Source: a virus
Lineage: Duplodnaviria > Caudoviricetes
IMG/VR virus record: IMGVR_UViG_3300044260_000039
Location: 1-32,042 of that record
DNA length: 32,042 nucleotides
Reading direction: 5' to 3' (one strand)
Shown: positions 1 to 10,389 of the stretch, one piece after another
How positions within the stretch are numbered: the first letter of the stretch is position 1
Layout of the letters: each line of letters opens with the position of its first letter
Translations under genes and position numbers: made by a program
Notes under the pieces: generated by a model
What the model was told of the DNA's origin: nothing
Database searches by the model: none
What the model saw: only the letters and a program-made list of their open reading frames with translations

Positions 1-232
1 TTGCGGATCCCGCACCGGTGGACGTGCCGGCCGCTCCCGCGCCCGTAGACGCCGCGCCGGCCGCTCCTGTTGCGGATCCCGCACCGGTGGACGTGCCGGC
101 CGCTCCCGCGCCCGTAGACGCCGCGCCCGTCGCTCCCGTTGCGGATCCCGCACCGGTGGACGTGCCGGCCGCTCCCGCGCCCGTAGACGCCGCGCCGGCC
201 GCTCCCGTTGCGGATCCCGCACCGGTGGACGT
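1..232 (+). repeat. 69-bp in-frame tandem repeat (units at 1, 70, 139, partial at 208)
   Basis: Unit TTGCGGATCCCGCACCGGTGGACGTGCCGG... recurs every 69 nt; continues from 31847-32042. Confidence 0.95.
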
Positions 233-320
233 CAACGAGGCGGCTGCTCCGGCCCTGGTGGACGGCGCGCCCGTCGACGCCGCTCCGGCTCCCGCTGCAG
301 GCAGTGAGGTCGTCGCGTAA
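1..320 (+). CDS. 3' part of Pro/Ala/Val/Asp-rich repeat protein that begins at 31606 and wraps across the contig join
   Basis: Same frame as 31606..32042 across the 127-nt terminal overlap; 23-aa repeat VADPAPVDVPAAPAPVDAAPAAP; TAA overlaps the ATG of the major tail gene. Confidence 0.8.
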   Translation, partial: ADPAPVDVPAAPAPVDAAPAAPVADPAPVDVPAAPAPVDAAPVAPVADPAPVDVPAAPAPVDAAPAAPVADPAPVDVNEAAAPALVDGAPVDAAPAPAAGSEVVA

Positions 321-1348
321 TGGGGACAATGCTTGATGCCTCGATCGGAATCGGCGTCGAATCCACGTACGGCACCGCCGTAACGGTCGATCGGTTCTAT
401 GAGTTCACCGACGAGACAATCAAATGGAAACCGACGTTTGTGCAGGGCCAGGGCCTCCGGGTCGGCACGCGGCTGGCGCGCAACGATCGCCGGAAGCTCG
501 GCAAGCAGGAAGCCGGCGGCGATATCAACCTCGAGGCCGTCAGCAAGGGCCTCGGCCGGATCCTCGCGGCAGTGTTCGGATCCACGACGAGTACGCAGAT
601 CGCGGCCGGGCCCGGTTATCAGCAGGTGCACACCCTGGCGACGTCGGGCCCGATGCAGTCCTACACGATCCAGAAGGGCACGCCGCGGATCGGCGGCGCC
701 GGCACGGACGCGCTGACGTTCACCGGTGCTGTCTGCTCGGCGGTCACGCTCTCGTGCGCGGTCGGCGATATCGTGAAGATCAAATCGACCTGGTCGGCCC
801 GCGACGTCTCGCCGATCCCGGCCTACGCCGCACCGTCCTACCCGACGACGCCCGAGCTGTTTACGTTCGTCGACGGCGCGATCACGGTCGGCGGCACGGT
901 TACGATGCCTACCGCGACGACGCTCGCCTCTGGCGGAACGGTCGTCGCGAACATCACCGAGTGCGATCTGACGATCGATAACAAGATCGACGATGGCGGG
1001 TTCACGCTCGGCGCCGGCGGGAAGAAATACCGGGCGCCCGTCCTCGGGCTCGCCGAGGCCAAGGGCAAGCTGACGGCCGAGTACTCCGATACGGCGTTGC
1101 GTGACGCGTACCTGCAGCAGCAGGGCCTCGCCGTGGTGCTGACCTTCCAAAGCAGCGTAGCGATCACGGCCGGCGTGTTCCCGACGCTGCAGATCGTGCT
1201 CCCGATGGTCAAGCTCGAGGGCGACGTGCCGGTGTCCAACGGCGGAAAGCCGATCCTGCTGTCGATCGATTACACGGTGCTCGATCCGGCCGTGTCCGGG
1301 CAGTCTCCGATCTACGTCATCTACCGCACCTCGGATACGGCGCCCTAA
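320..1348 (+). CDS. major tail (tail tube) protein
   Basis: N-terminal GIGVESTYGTAV motif typical of actinophage tail tube proteins; 342 aa; upstream of chaperone and tape measure genes. Confidence 0.85.
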   Translation: MGTMLDASIGIGVESTYGTAVTVDRFYEFTDETIKWKPTFVQGQGLRVGTRLARNDRRKLGKQEAGGDINLEAVSKGLGRILAAVFGSTTSTQIAAGPGYQQVHTLATSGPMQSYTIQKGTPRIGGAGTDALTFTGAVCSAVTLSCAVGDIVKIKSTWSARDVSPIPAYAAPSYPTTPELFTFVDGAITVGGTVTMPTATTLASGGTVVANITECDLTIDNKIDDGGFTLGAGGKKYRAPVLGLAEAKGKLTAEYSDTALRDAYLQQQGLAVVLTFQSSVAITAGVFPTLQIVLPMVKLEGDVPVSNGGKPILLSIDYTVLDPAVSGQSPIYVIYRTSDTAP

Positions 1349-1351
1349 GCC

Positions 1352-1912
1352 ATGCCGGCGCAGGGCGGGGCGGCCGAGACGCAGATCGTGCTCGATCCCG
1401 AGAGCCTGCGCCACATCATGCACATGGCTAAGCAGGTCGAACCGGTCATGAAGCGGACGATCTATAAGGAGTTGCGGGCCGCCGGCGATGTAGCGGCGCA
1501 GGCGGCCCGCGACGCCGTAACGGGATCCCTGCCGGCGAAGGCCGATAACCGGTCGACGCTGCAGAAGGCGCTCCGGCGCAAGGGCCCGGCCGGCTCGACG
1601 AGTAACGGATCGTTGCGGGCCGCGATCGCCAAGGGCGTCCGCGTCGGGCTCGGGTCCGGGTCGGCGTCCAAGGGGATCCGGATCACCTCGAGCGATCGGT
1701 ATCTGCCGGACTCCAAGAAGGCAATGAACCGCGTTTACCGGCTCTCGGTGTTCCGACACCCGGTATTCGGCGGCGACAAATGGGTAAGCCAGCACGGAAA
1801 AGACTGGTTCTACACACCGATTAGAGAAAAGCGGCCCGAGTTCGAGAAGGCCGTAGCGGCCGCGCTCGACTCCGCGGCAACCACCCTAGAGAAAGCAACA
1901 GGCACCCTGTGA
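1352..1912 (+). CDS. HK97 gp10-like neck/tail completion protein
   Basis: Basic helical protein with GSLRAAI and FRHPVFG..W...WFY motifs; lies in the tail operon. Confidence 0.55.
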   Translation: MPAQGGAAETQIVLDPESLRHIMHMAKQVEPVMKRTIYKELRAAGDVAAQAARDAVTGSLPAKADNRSTLQKALRRKGPAGSTSNGSLRAAIAKGVRVGLGSGSASKGIRITSSDRYLPDSKKAMNRVYRLSVFRHPVFGGDKWVSQHGKDWFYTPIREKRPEFEKAVAAALDSAATTLEKATGTL

Positions 1913-2304
1913 AACTGAAAATTGACGGCAAGGAATACGACATTGAGGCAGCGATGGAACGGCCCACGCTGTTCCTGATCCGTGAAATGAAGATCCGCAC
2001 CGGCTACGGGATCAAGTCGCTCATGGACGCCGGAAAGCAGTTCAAGGGCAAGGCAACCGAGGAAATCCTCGACGATCCCGATCTGCTCGGCGCGTTTATC
2101 GCGATGATCTGGCTCGCCAGGCGCAGCGCGGGCGAACAACTCACGTTTGAACAGGCCGGCTCCTTTGATCTGGAATCGGCCGAGTTCGTCAACGACGCGC
2201 CCGAGCTCCCGGCCCCTGGCGATGATCTCCCAAAAGCTCCGGCGACGGATTCCGCACCGGCAGACGGCCGGCACGTGCAGCCCGTACCCGGATTGAGCAT
2301 GTAG
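1909..2304 (+). CDS. tail assembly chaperone (gpG, short form)
   Basis: Just before the tape measure gene; IWLARR..GE motif; slippery C CCA AAA at 2229-2235. Confidence 0.85.
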   Translation: MKLKIDGKEYDIEAAMERPTLFLIREMKIRTGYGIKSLMDAGKQFKGKATEEILDDPDLLGAFIAMIWLARRSAGEQLTFEQAGSFDLESAEFVNDAPELPAPGDDLPKAPATDSAPADGRHVQPVPGLSM

Positions 2305-2459
2305 ACGATATCGATATCTCGGTCTTTGAAAACATCGTTTTCATTTCCGAGCACTGGCCAGGAATCAACCCGGCCACGGTCTGGGGCATTACCTACGATT
2401 TCTGGCTGCTCTACCTCCACGCCGCCGAGCAGCGGCGCCAACAACTGAAAGAAGGCTAG
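1909..2459 (+). CDS. tail assembly chaperone (gpGT, -1 frameshift product)
   Basis: After CCCAAAA (2229-2235) the -1 frame is open to TAG 2457-2459 and encodes ...SEHWPGINPATVWGITYDFWLLYLHAAEQRRQQLKEG, ending 3 nt before the tape measure start. Confidence 0.85.
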
Positions 2460-2462
2460 GCC

Positions 2463-5306
2463 GTGGCTGCCTCGATGTTCTTTGACATTTTCGGACGCGA
2501 CAAGGGCGTCACGGCGATGTTCGACAAGGTCGCCGAGAAGGCGCACGGCCTCGGCCCGGTGTTCGAGGGCGCCGGGGCCCTGGTGGGCAAGCTCGCGCTG
2601 CCGCTCGCCGCGCTCGGCGTCGGCGTGGGGATGAAAAAATTCATCGATTCCTCGGTCGAATCGTTTGAAACCCTCGCCGGGTCCGTGTCCGGCCTGAAAC
2701 GGGTCATGGGCGGCACCACCGAATCAGTGTCGGGGATGCGCGGCGCGATGCAGCTCGCCGGCGTGAACGTCGACGACATTTCCGGGCTGATGACGAAATT
2801 CGCGAAAAACCTCGGCGGCGCCGACGCCTCGGCGGCAGCCTCGCAGAAAATGCTGCAGACGCTGGGGTTCAACTACCGCGACGCGCACGGCGCAATGCTC
2901 CCCATGACGGACATCCTGCCCAAGCTCGCAGACCGGTTTAAGTCCATGCCGGACGGCGTCGATAAAACGGCGCTCGCGATGAGTATTTTCGGCAAGCAGG
3001 GCGCCGCGATGCTCCCATTCTTGAATAAGGGCAGCGCGGGGATCGCCGATCTCGAGGCTCACGCTAAAAAAATGGGCCTCACCCTCGATGACGTCTCAAT
3101 TAAGATCATGGCCGCCGGCAAGGTATCCGCGCGGGATTTCTCTAGCAGCATCCAGGGCATGAAAGTCCAGCTAGGCCAGGATCTCGCGCCGGTCATCGAA
3201 TCAGTGGAGAACCTCTCGCGCGCCGCGCTCACGCCGCTGATCGCCGGCGCGACGAAACTCTTTGAAGCCGGCCGCGGCCCGGCAATGAAATTTGCCTCCG
3301 CGATCGAATCGACGTCCGAGCACCTGCACGAAACCCTCGGCAAGCTCGCCGAACCGGCCGTGAAACTCGCGAAGGACTTTCACGACGGATTCAGCCACGG
3401 CGTCGACGCGATCGGTTCCAACCAGACCGCGCTCGCGCACTGGGGCGCCGCGGCGTTCGGTATGTTCGCCGCGTCCAAGGAAACCGCTCACCAATTTTTC
3501 GAGGGCGTGAAGGCCGGTAACGCGTTCTCCGGCCCCTCGCTCGCCGGCACGTTCGGCGCGGCCGGAAATCAGGTACATCACGCTTTCACCGAGGCGGCCG
3601 GCGGCAGCCGGGCATTTTTCGCCGCGTTCAAGGCCGGCGGCGACGATATCACCTCGAGCGGATTCGCCGGGGTGCTCGAGGGGATGGGACTAAAGGCGCG
3701 GCACGGATTCGACGCCGCGCACGAGGGCGCCCGCGTGCTCTTTGACGCGATCCGCACCGGATCCAACACCGCTACCGGCGGCCTCGACGGCATGGCGGCC
3801 ACGGCCGGCAACTCGCTGCACAAGGCATTCGGCGACGCCCGCGCCGCTGCCGGGACGTTCTTCGACGGGCTGAAAACGGGGGCGAATGATTCCGGGCAGG
3901 GGGGGATCGTCGGGCTCGCCGGCTCGCTCGGCAACAGCCTGCATGGCCTGTTCGAGAAGATCGGGCCGATGCTCCCGCAGATCCTGCAGCTCGCGTCGTC
4001 ATTTTCTCCGCTCTCGCTGGTGTTCCACGCGCTCGAGCCGGTCCTGCCGCAGCTGGTGGGGATGCTCGGGCAGCTCGCGGCGACGCTCGCCGGCGCGCTC
4101 GGCCAGGCGCTCTCGACGATCATGCCGGCCCTGCAGGGCCTCGCCGCTGCCCTGGTCGGCGCGCTCGGCCAGGCGATCCAAACGATTCTGCCGACGCTAA
4201 TCTCGCTTCTGCCGGTCGTCGTGCAGGCATTTATGGGCCTGGTGCCGGTCGCAACGCAGATCATCGCCGCCGTGCTGCCGCTGGTCGCCCAGCTGCTCCC
4301 GCCACTGATCGGGCTCTTTACCAAACTCGTGCCGGTCGTCCTGCAGCTGGTCCAAACCGTGCTGCCGCCGATCGCGAAAATCGTCATGGTGATCATCGCC
4401 GCGATTGTTCCGCTGGTGCAGCTGATCGCCGCGCTGCTGATCCCGATCATCACCGCGCTAATGCCGGTGATCACGACGGTCTTTAACGCGATCGCGGGCA
4501 TCATCCTGGCGATCATGCCGATCATTCAAGGCGTGATTGAGGTCGTCCTCGGGCTGATCTCCGGGAACTGGTCGATGGTCTGGCAGGGCATCGTCGATAT
4601 CTTTACCGGGATCTGGCAGACGATCGTCGCGGTCGTCTCCGGCGTGCTCTCGGTGCTCGGTTCGGTGATCGGCGCCGGGCTGAATTTGATAGGCGGCCTG
4701 GTGGGGGGGATCCTCGGCGGGATCGGCTCATTTTTTGCCGACACATGGAACAACATTATCGGCGGTGTGTCCGGATTTATCGGGCAACTGCTCGGTTTTT
4801 TCTCCGGCCTGCCGGGGCAGATTATGGGGTTCCTCGCCGGCGCCGGCACGTGGCTCTATGACGCCGGAAAAAACATAATCGACGGGCTGATCAACGGCGT
4901 GAAGTCGATGATCGGCGCGATCGGTAACGCGATCCTCTCACTCGTGCCGGGCCCGATCGTCGGCGTGTTCAAAGACGCGCTAGGGATTCATTCGCCGTCG
5001 CTGGTGTTCCACGGATTCGGCGAAAACATCGGGCAGGGCCTGATCAACGGCGTCGGGGCGATGGTTCCGAAGATCGACGCGCGAATGTCGTCCCTGGTCA
5101 AGCCGCTCGACGTGCCGGGGATCGTCGCCGGCGCCGCCGGCGGCAGCGGATCCGCCGGCGCCGGGGCGCGGGTCAACACGGCCGGCCCTGCCCTGCACAT
5201 TGAAAACATTAACGTCAACGAGGCACAGCAGGGGGGGTGGCAGCACGTGGGAAACAGCATTCTTAACGCCGTCCAGGTCAAGGCGCCGCAGGTATTCGCG
5301 CTGTGA
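2463..5306 (+). CDS. tape measure protein
   Basis: 947 aa, Ala/Gly-rich; ALAMSIFGKQGAAMLPFL and LGIHSPSLVF..FGENIGQGLING motifs; amphipathic Trp/Phe repeats. Confidence 0.95.
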   Translation: MAASMFFDIFGRDKGVTAMFDKVAEKAHGLGPVFEGAGALVGKLALPLAALGVGVGMKKFIDSSVESFETLAGSVSGLKRVMGGTTESVSGMRGAMQLAGVNVDDISGLMTKFAKNLGGADASAAASQKMLQTLGFNYRDAHGAMLPMTDILPKLADRFKSMPDGVDKTALAMSIFGKQGAAMLPFLNKGSAGIADLEAHAKKMGLTLDDVSIKIMAAGKVSARDFSSSIQGMKVQLGQDLAPVIESVENLSRAALTPLIAGATKLFEAGRGPAMKFASAIESTSEHLHETLGKLAEPAVKLAKDFHDGFSHGVDAIGSNQTALAHWGAAAFGMFAASKETAHQFFEGVKAGNAFSGPSLAGTFGAAGNQVHHAFTEAAGGSRAFFAAFKAGGDDITSSGFAGVLEGMGLKARHGFDAAHEGARVLFDAIRTGSNTATGGLDGMAATAGNSLHKAFGDARAAAGTFFDGLKTGANDSGQGGIVGLAGSLGNSLHGLFEKIGPMLPQILQLASSFSPLSLVFHALEPVLPQLVGMLGQLAATLAGALGQALSTIMPALQGLAAALVGALGQAIQTILPTLISLLPVVVQAFMGLVPVATQIIAAVLPLVAQLLPPLIGLFTKLVPVVLQLVQTVLPPIAKIVMVIIAAIVPLVQLIAALLIPIITALMPVITTVFNAIAGIILAIMPIIQGVIEVVLGLISGNWSMVWQGIVDIFTGIWQTIVAVVSGVLSVLGSVIGAGLNLIGGLVGGILGGIGSFFADTWNNIIGGVSGFIGQLLGFFSGLPGQIMGFLAGAGTWLYDAGKNIIDGLINGVKSMIGAIGNAILSLVPGPIVGVFKDALGIHSPSLVFHGFGENIGQGLINGVGAMVPKIDARMSSLVKPLDVPGIVAGAAGGSGSAGAGARVNTAGPALHIENINVNEAQQGGWQHVGNSILNAVQVKAPQVFAL

Positions 5307-6823
5307 GCGCGGGTAACCTGATCACCGGGCCGGGGCAGCTGCAGTGGCGCAATCTGCTGCTCGGCCCCGGCACGGATTACGATCTGAAAGACCTCTCCGG
5401 CTGGGAAGATATGCCGCCGGTCGACGTCGGGTCGAAAACGAAGCCGCGCGGGCACGGCGCGGATCCGGGCCGGATGCTCGCCCAACCGCACACGTTCACG
5501 TCGGTATTCGATGTCAACCCGCAGGCCTCCGGCGGCACCGGCCCGGCGCGGGCGTTCATCCTGGCGCAGACCGGGCTGCCGGATGACACCCGGCAGGAGC
5601 CGATCGCGGTCTGTCTCGATCAGGGCGTGACCATGCTCCGGTTCGGGCAGCTCACGGCCCGGAAGATCCCGTTCGTCGTGAATTACGAAAACGTGATTGA
5701 GAATTGCGCGCTGCAGTGGGAATGCGCGGATCCGCGGCTGTATTCCTCGGCGCAGACGGTCATCTCGGCGGCGCTGCCGGTCGCCGCGCCGGCCTCGCAG
5801 GCCGTCCGAACGAACGCCACGCTTAACCCGCTGGCAATCACGCCGGGAACGGGATTCGGCGCCTATGCCGCCGGCACCGGCGAAGCCGGCACGACAACAT
5901 GGATAACGGGCGCCGGAGACGGGCCGATGCCGGAAATCACCACCTATGGGCGCTGGTCGGTCACTACGGCGAAAACCTCCGGCTCGACGGGCTGGAAATC
6001 GGAAGCCGCGGCGAACCGGGCGCCGGCCTCCGGCGTCGCCGGCGACGTATGGACGGGGTCGATCTGGCTCCGCTATACCGGCACCGGGACCGCGCATTTC
6101 GTCCCGCGGATATCGTTCTACACCTCCGGCGGCACGCAGCTTACACCGGTCGACGCGACACCGGTCGATCTGGTGTCCGGGCAGTGGACACGAATCACCG
6201 CATCGGCCGCGGCGCCCGGCACGTTCGCCTCGGTCGCGCTCTGGCCATACCAGACAAGCGGGTACGTGCTGCCGGCCGGCTCCACGCTCGACGCTACCGG
6301 CGAGCAAGTGGAGTTCGCAGCCCAGGCCGGCACGTTCGTCTCGGGAGCGACGCCGAACACGCCGAACCTGGTCCACGCATGGACGGGCGCGGCGAACGCG
6401 TCGGCGTCGACCGAAACGCTATCCTCGCCCGGCGTGTTCCCGCTGACCTACCCGGCACCTTACGCGACGATGGTCGCCGGCGGCGGCCCGCAGACAGCGG
6501 TAAACAACGGCAACGCGACGTCACCGCCGGTCTACACGATCGCCGGCGGCGCGTCGGGCGTGACCTCACCGGCGATCTCGATCACGGACGGCACCGGCAC
6601 CCGGCAAACGGTCTTTAACCTCACGCTCGCGGCCGGCGACGCGCTGGTGATCGACGTCCTGAACAGGACGGTCCTGCTCAACGGGGCGAACCGGTACGGA
6701 TTCAGTACCGGCACGCCGATTGAATCGCTCACCCTCGCGCCGGGATCCTCGACGCTTTCACTCAGTGGCACCGGCGACGGTTCGGTGCTGCTCACGGCCG
6801 CGTTCTACGACGCATACATCTAA
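5303..6823 (+). CDS. distal tail (Dit-like) minor tail protein with inserted beta-rich, carbohydrate-binding-like segment
   Basis: First gene after the tape measure; GWEDMP and WECADPRLYS in the N-terminal part, NNGNATSPP...LAPGS in the C-terminal part; ~200-aa Thr/Gly/Trp-rich insert between them. Confidence 0.75.
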   Translation: MSAGNLITGPGQLQWRNLLLGPGTDYDLKDLSGWEDMPPVDVGSKTKPRGHGADPGRMLAQPHTFTSVFDVNPQASGGTGPARAFILAQTGLPDDTRQEPIAVCLDQGVTMLRFGQLTARKIPFVVNYENVIENCALQWECADPRLYSSAQTVISAALPVAAPASQAVRTNATLNPLAITPGTGFGAYAAGTGEAGTTTWITGAGDGPMPEITTYGRWSVTTAKTSGSTGWKSEAAANRAPASGVAGDVWTGSIWLRYTGTGTAHFVPRISFYTSGGTQLTPVDATPVDLVSGQWTRITASAAAPGTFASVALWPYQTSGYVLPAGSTLDATGEQVEFAAQAGTFVSGATPNTPNLVHAWTGAANASASTETLSSPGVFPLTYPAPYATMVAGGGPQTAVNNGNATSPPVYTIAGGASGVTSPAISITDGTGTRQTVFNLTLAAGDALVIDVLNRTVLLNGANRYGFSTGTPIESLTLAPGSSTLSLSGTGDGSVLLTAAFYDAYI

Positions 6824-6832
6824 GGGGAACCA

Positions 6833-7750
6833 ATGACGATCATCGTCTCCGGCCGGCTGGTCGAAGCCGAGGCCGAGGCCAGGAATCAGACCGCTGTGAT
6901 CCTGCCATCGGACGGCACACAGCTCGGCGTGATCCAGGGCGTGCAGGGCGGGCTCACGCTCACGAAAACGTCGGGCATGGGCTGGCAGCTCGATATCGGC
7001 CGGTGTGTGATCGCCGCGGCGACGCCGGCCAACGGCCCGGTGGTCGCTACCGTCACCGTCGCCGAAACGGGCGTATTCGCGCCCGGCGACGCGACACGTA
7101 ACCGGATCGATATCGTCACGCTGCTGATCGACGAGACGGCCACCGTCGCGAACGGCAACCCGCGCGTCAAGACCAACGTGATCCAGGGCGCCTATCCGGT
7201 GTCCGGTTCGCCCGTCGCGCCCGCCGTGCCGGCCGGGCAAATCCCGCTGTGGTCCGAACAAGTCAACGCCGGGATCTCGGCCGGCTCCGGCGGCTGGGAT
7301 ACCTCCACGCTTAAGGATCTCCGCGGCGTGGCGCTCGGCAAAAGGGGCCGGATAGAGCTCACCGCATCCAACAGCATCCCCAACGCGAACACTCCGCTCT
7401 GGGGCGTCGGGCCGCTCACCGCAGACGCCGCGGCGACGAAAACCACGGACGGCGGCCTGGTCGCGGCCGGCACGGATACCGTCACGATCCGCGACGCCGG
7501 CGAATACTCGATCAATTGGTACGGCTCGCTCGCTAACCCGGTCACCGGCCGGTCGTTCCTCTCACTGGACAACACCGCCGGAACGAACAATTTCGGCCGC
7601 TCGAGTTTCACCACCGGCGAGAACACGACGAACGTCTCGTGTCCGTCCTACGTCGCCGCGGCCGGCGAAGTGATCAAGTTCAACGTCTACCAGACCTCCG
7701 GCGCATCGAACACGCTGACGTCGCGGATCCGTATCGCCAGGGTTCAATAA
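6833..7750 (+). CDS. minor tail protein
   Basis: NRIDIV...VIQG.P.SGSPVAPAVPAG.IPL motif common in actinophage minor tail proteins; beta-rich C-terminus. Confidence 0.75.
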   Translation: MTIIVSGRLVEAEAEARNQTAVILPSDGTQLGVIQGVQGGLTLTKTSGMGWQLDIGRCVIAAATPANGPVVATVTVAETGVFAPGDATRNRIDIVTLLIDETATVANGNPRVKTNVIQGAYPVSGSPVAPAVPAGQIPLWSEQVNAGISAGSGGWDTSTLKDLRGVALGKRGRIELTASNSIPNANTPLWGVGPLTADAAATKTTDGGLVAAGTDTVTIRDAGEYSINWYGSLANPVTGRSFLSLDNTAGTNNFGRSSFTTGENTTNVSCPSYVAAAGEVIKFNVYQTSGASNTLTSRIRIARVQ

Positions 7751-7751
7751 C

Positions 7752-8870
7752 ATGTGGTCGGTACTGTTCGCCACGGCCAGGGGCGACAAGACGATCGACC
7801 GGTTCGACTGCAATATCCAGCAGCTCTCGCGCTACATCGGCAAGGCCGGCGCGCTCACCGGGCAGATCGCGATCACAAACCCGGCGATCGGGGCCCGCTG
7901 CCAGGCGCTCGCGGGCCGGGCAGGGCAGCTCACGGCCTACGTCTATTACGGCGCCGAGCTGTGGTGGGGCGGGCTGGTGAACACGACGCCGCTGACCTCG
8001 GGGCGTAAGGGCGTATTCATGGACTTTGCCGCGGCGACGTTCGAGTCATACCTAGATCGGCGCGAGGTCCGGGCCGATAATTTCTGGTCCGGGATTGAGC
8101 AGGTCGAATATCTGCGCACCGCATGGAACACGGTGCAAAACACGGCAGACGGCAACCTCGGGATCTCGGTCCCTGCCGTCACCTCGACCGGCACGCCGCG
8201 GGACCTCACCGTTCTACGCTCCGAGGCGCGCACGTGGGGCTCGGTCGTGAAAGAAGTAAGCAACCGGGCCGGCGGGTACGAGTGGATCATCGACTTCTAC
8301 GACGACGGCCAAGGCAACCGCTACCGCACACTAAACGTCGGGTATCCACAGATCGGCCGGGCCCAATTTCAACAGGTCATCACGTACCCGGGAAAGATCG
8401 TCGAATACACGATCGACCGCGACGCGCTCGCCGGGGCAACGTCGTTTCAGTCCCAGGGCGATTCGGTCGCGCCGCCACCGGCGAACGGGTCGACCTCGCA
8501 GCAGCCGCTCATGTCCACGCTCGGGGCCTACGACGCGACGGATCTGCTCAATAACGGGCACCTCAGATTCGACGCGACGGTTAACCGGCAGGGCGTCAAG
8601 GACTTGGCGACGCTCAACGGGTACACCGGCCAGGATCTCGCCGTGCATGGCGGGGCGGTGCCGATCGTCGATATCTCGGTGATCCCCGGCGGGTTCAATC
8701 AGTCGATCCTCGGGACGGTCTTTCAAGCACAGATTGATGATTACGCGTTTCCGGCCGGCCCGAACGGGGCGCCCGGCTACATCGGCTGGCACCGCTGCAT
8801 CGGCTATGAAGTAAAGCCGTTCCAGCATGGCGCCGTCGACGAGATCCATCTGATCATCGAACCGCACTAG
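7752..8870 (+). CDS. minor tail protein (baseplate hub/Tal-like)
   Basis: LWWGG, FESYLDRR, GGYEW and VGYPQIGR motifs typical of actinophage hub proteins. Confidence 0.75.
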   Translation: MWSVLFATARGDKTIDRFDCNIQQLSRYIGKAGALTGQIAITNPAIGARCQALAGRAGQLTAYVYYGAELWWGGLVNTTPLTSGRKGVFMDFAAATFESYLDRREVRADNFWSGIEQVEYLRTAWNTVQNTADGNLGISVPAVTSTGTPRDLTVLRSEARTWGSVVKEVSNRAGGYEWIIDFYDDGQGNRYRTLNVGYPQIGRAQFQQVITYPGKIVEYTIDRDALAGATSFQSQGDSVAPPPANGSTSQQPLMSTLGAYDATDLLNNGHLRFDATVNRQGVKDLATLNGYTGQDLAVHGGAVPIVDISVIPGGFNQSILGTVFQAQIDDYAFPAGPNGAPGYIGWHRCIGYEVKPFQHGAVDEIHLIIEPH

Positions 8871-8878
8871 GGGGGGCT

Positions 8879-9406
8879 ATGCCGCTAAAACCGGATTTAG
8901 GCGACGTGATCGCGAAGATCGCCGAGGACGTGCGCCGGCTCCGGTCGCTGGTCGCCCAGGCCGTGAAGGTCGAAGTCGCGGCGTCGACGTCGACCGACGA
9001 GACGATCACGGTCGCGAAAAACGTCGATTCGGGCTGGCAGACGCTCACCTCGGGCCCGTCACTCACTGTCGTGACGGGCTCCGGAAAAATCGTTGTCACA
9101 GTCTCCGGGCGCGTAAAGATTCCCGCGTCGAATACAGGCGCGCTAGGCGTTATCTCCTATGAGATTAAAAACGCGGCAGGCGTGCAGGTAGTCGCGCCGG
9201 ATCTGTATCGGGGCGTCTATGTGGAGTTCAAGGGCGCCGGCGTCGGTGCCTCGGAACAAACAAGTTTTATGTACGTGCACGACGGGCTCGGCGCCGGCAC
9301 GTTCACGATCAATGCGCTCTACCGGTATTGGGACGGCGCCGGCGCGACGGCCGGCCCGTTCACGGCCGATTTCATCAACCGCACGCTAATTGCCAAGGGG
9401 TATTAG
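8879..9406 (+). CDS. minor tail protein
   Basis: N-terminal coiled coil, SGPSLTVVTGSGK motif, beta-rich; last gene of the tail module. Confidence 0.65.
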   Translation: MPLKPDLGDVIAKIAEDVRRLRSLVAQAVKVEVAASTSTDETITVAKNVDSGWQTLTSGPSLTVVTGSGKIVVTVSGRVKIPASNTGALGVISYEIKNAAGVQVVAPDLYRGVYVEFKGAGVGASEQTSFMYVHDGLGAGTFTINALYRYWDGAGATAGPFTADFINRTLIAKGY

Positions 9407-9434
9407 ATGCAGCACAACACCGGGGGCGGCGCTA

Positions 9435-9716
9435 GTGGATCTCTCATTTCTGGCGCCGCTCGGCGGTTTCCTCACCGTGCTAGGCGGGGGGATCGTGTGG
9501 ATGTTCAACCGGGCCGATAGGCGCCGCGAGGGCCAGGAGCGAAGCGCGATCGGGATCCTTAAAGCGCAGAATACGGCGCTGCTCCGGCAGCTCCGCGAAT
9601 CACAGCACGAGTCGAAATCGCGGCTCCGCGACGGGACGAAATGGCGCGAGCAGCTGATCAAGCATGGCCTGATTCCGGATCCCGCGGATTGGGCTGATAT
9701 GGAGGATCCAGAGTGA
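9435..9716 (+). CDS. single-TM membrane protein of the lysis cassette
   Basis: GTG at 9435 in the frame of ORF 9390..9716; N-terminal hydrophobic helix followed by coiled coil; GTGA overlap with next gene. Confidence 0.65.
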   Translation: MDLSFLAPLGGFLTVLGGGIVWMFNRADRRREGQERSAIGILKAQNTALLRQLRESQHESKSRLRDGTKWREQLIKHGLIPDPADWADMEDPE

Positions 9717-10363
9717 GCAACGAAGAAAACGCCGCGCAGCTCGAGCACGCCGAGACGGCCGCGGCCCGGTCCAGGCGATCCGATAAGCGCTGGAAAATCG
9801 GGCTCGCGCTGCTCGCGCTGTTGCTGGTGCTGCTCGGCGCGATCGTTGCGGCCCTGGCCATTGAGAACGGGCAGCTCGCCCAATCCAACGCGGCGGCCGC
9901 GACGTCCCAGGCGCAGCAGAAGCAGGATCTCGCGCAGCAGATCGCGGCCGCGTGCGGCGCCGGGCAGATCGTGAAAAACGGCGCCGGCGTCAACTTATGC
10001 GAACGCGCCGCGGCCGTCGCGGCCGAACCGATCCCGTCGCCGGGCCCTGGTCCTGCCGGCCCGGCCGGCCATGACGGCAAGGACGGGCAGCCCGGCGCCA
10101 CCGGGCCGGCCGGCCAGACGGGGCCCGCCGGTGCCGCCGGCAGCGCGGGCGCGGCCGGCCGTGACGGGGCAGATTCCACAGTTCCGGGCCCTGCCGGGCC
10201 TACCGGGGCGCCGGGCCGGGACGGGCAGCCGGGGCCGGCCGGGCCTGCCGGCAAGGACGGCGGCGAGCCGGCCAGGTTCACGTTTACCGACGTCACCGGC
10301 CGCACCTACACATGCACACCCAACCCGCCGGGATCCTCGAGCTACACGTGCCAGGCGGCCTAA
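9713..10363 (+). CDS. membrane-anchored collagen-like (Gly-X-Y) protein
   Basis: TM helix [21 protein letters not shown]; long [16 protein letters not shown] tract; paired Cys on both sides. Confidence 0.8.
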   Translation: MSNEENAAQLEHAETAAARSRRSDKRWKIGLALLALLLVLLGAIVAALAIENGQLAQSNAAAATSQAQQKQDLAQQIAAACGAGQIVKNGAGVNLCERAAAVAAEPIPSPGPGPAGPAGHDGKDGQPGATGPAGQTGPAGAAGSAGAAGRDGADSTVPGPAGPTGAPGRDGQPGPAGPAGKDGGEPARFTFTDVTGRTYTCTPNPPGSSSYTCQAA

Positions 10364-10389
10364 CCACACACAACGAAAGGCGGGCCGGT

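Noticed and set aside
1-232. 69-bp repeats as a CRISPR array or as phage terminal repeats
   Set aside because: Units are contiguous with no unique spacers, in frame within a CDS, and there are no cas genes. The end duplication is best explained as an assembly overlap, and the packaging genes point to cos ends elsewhere.
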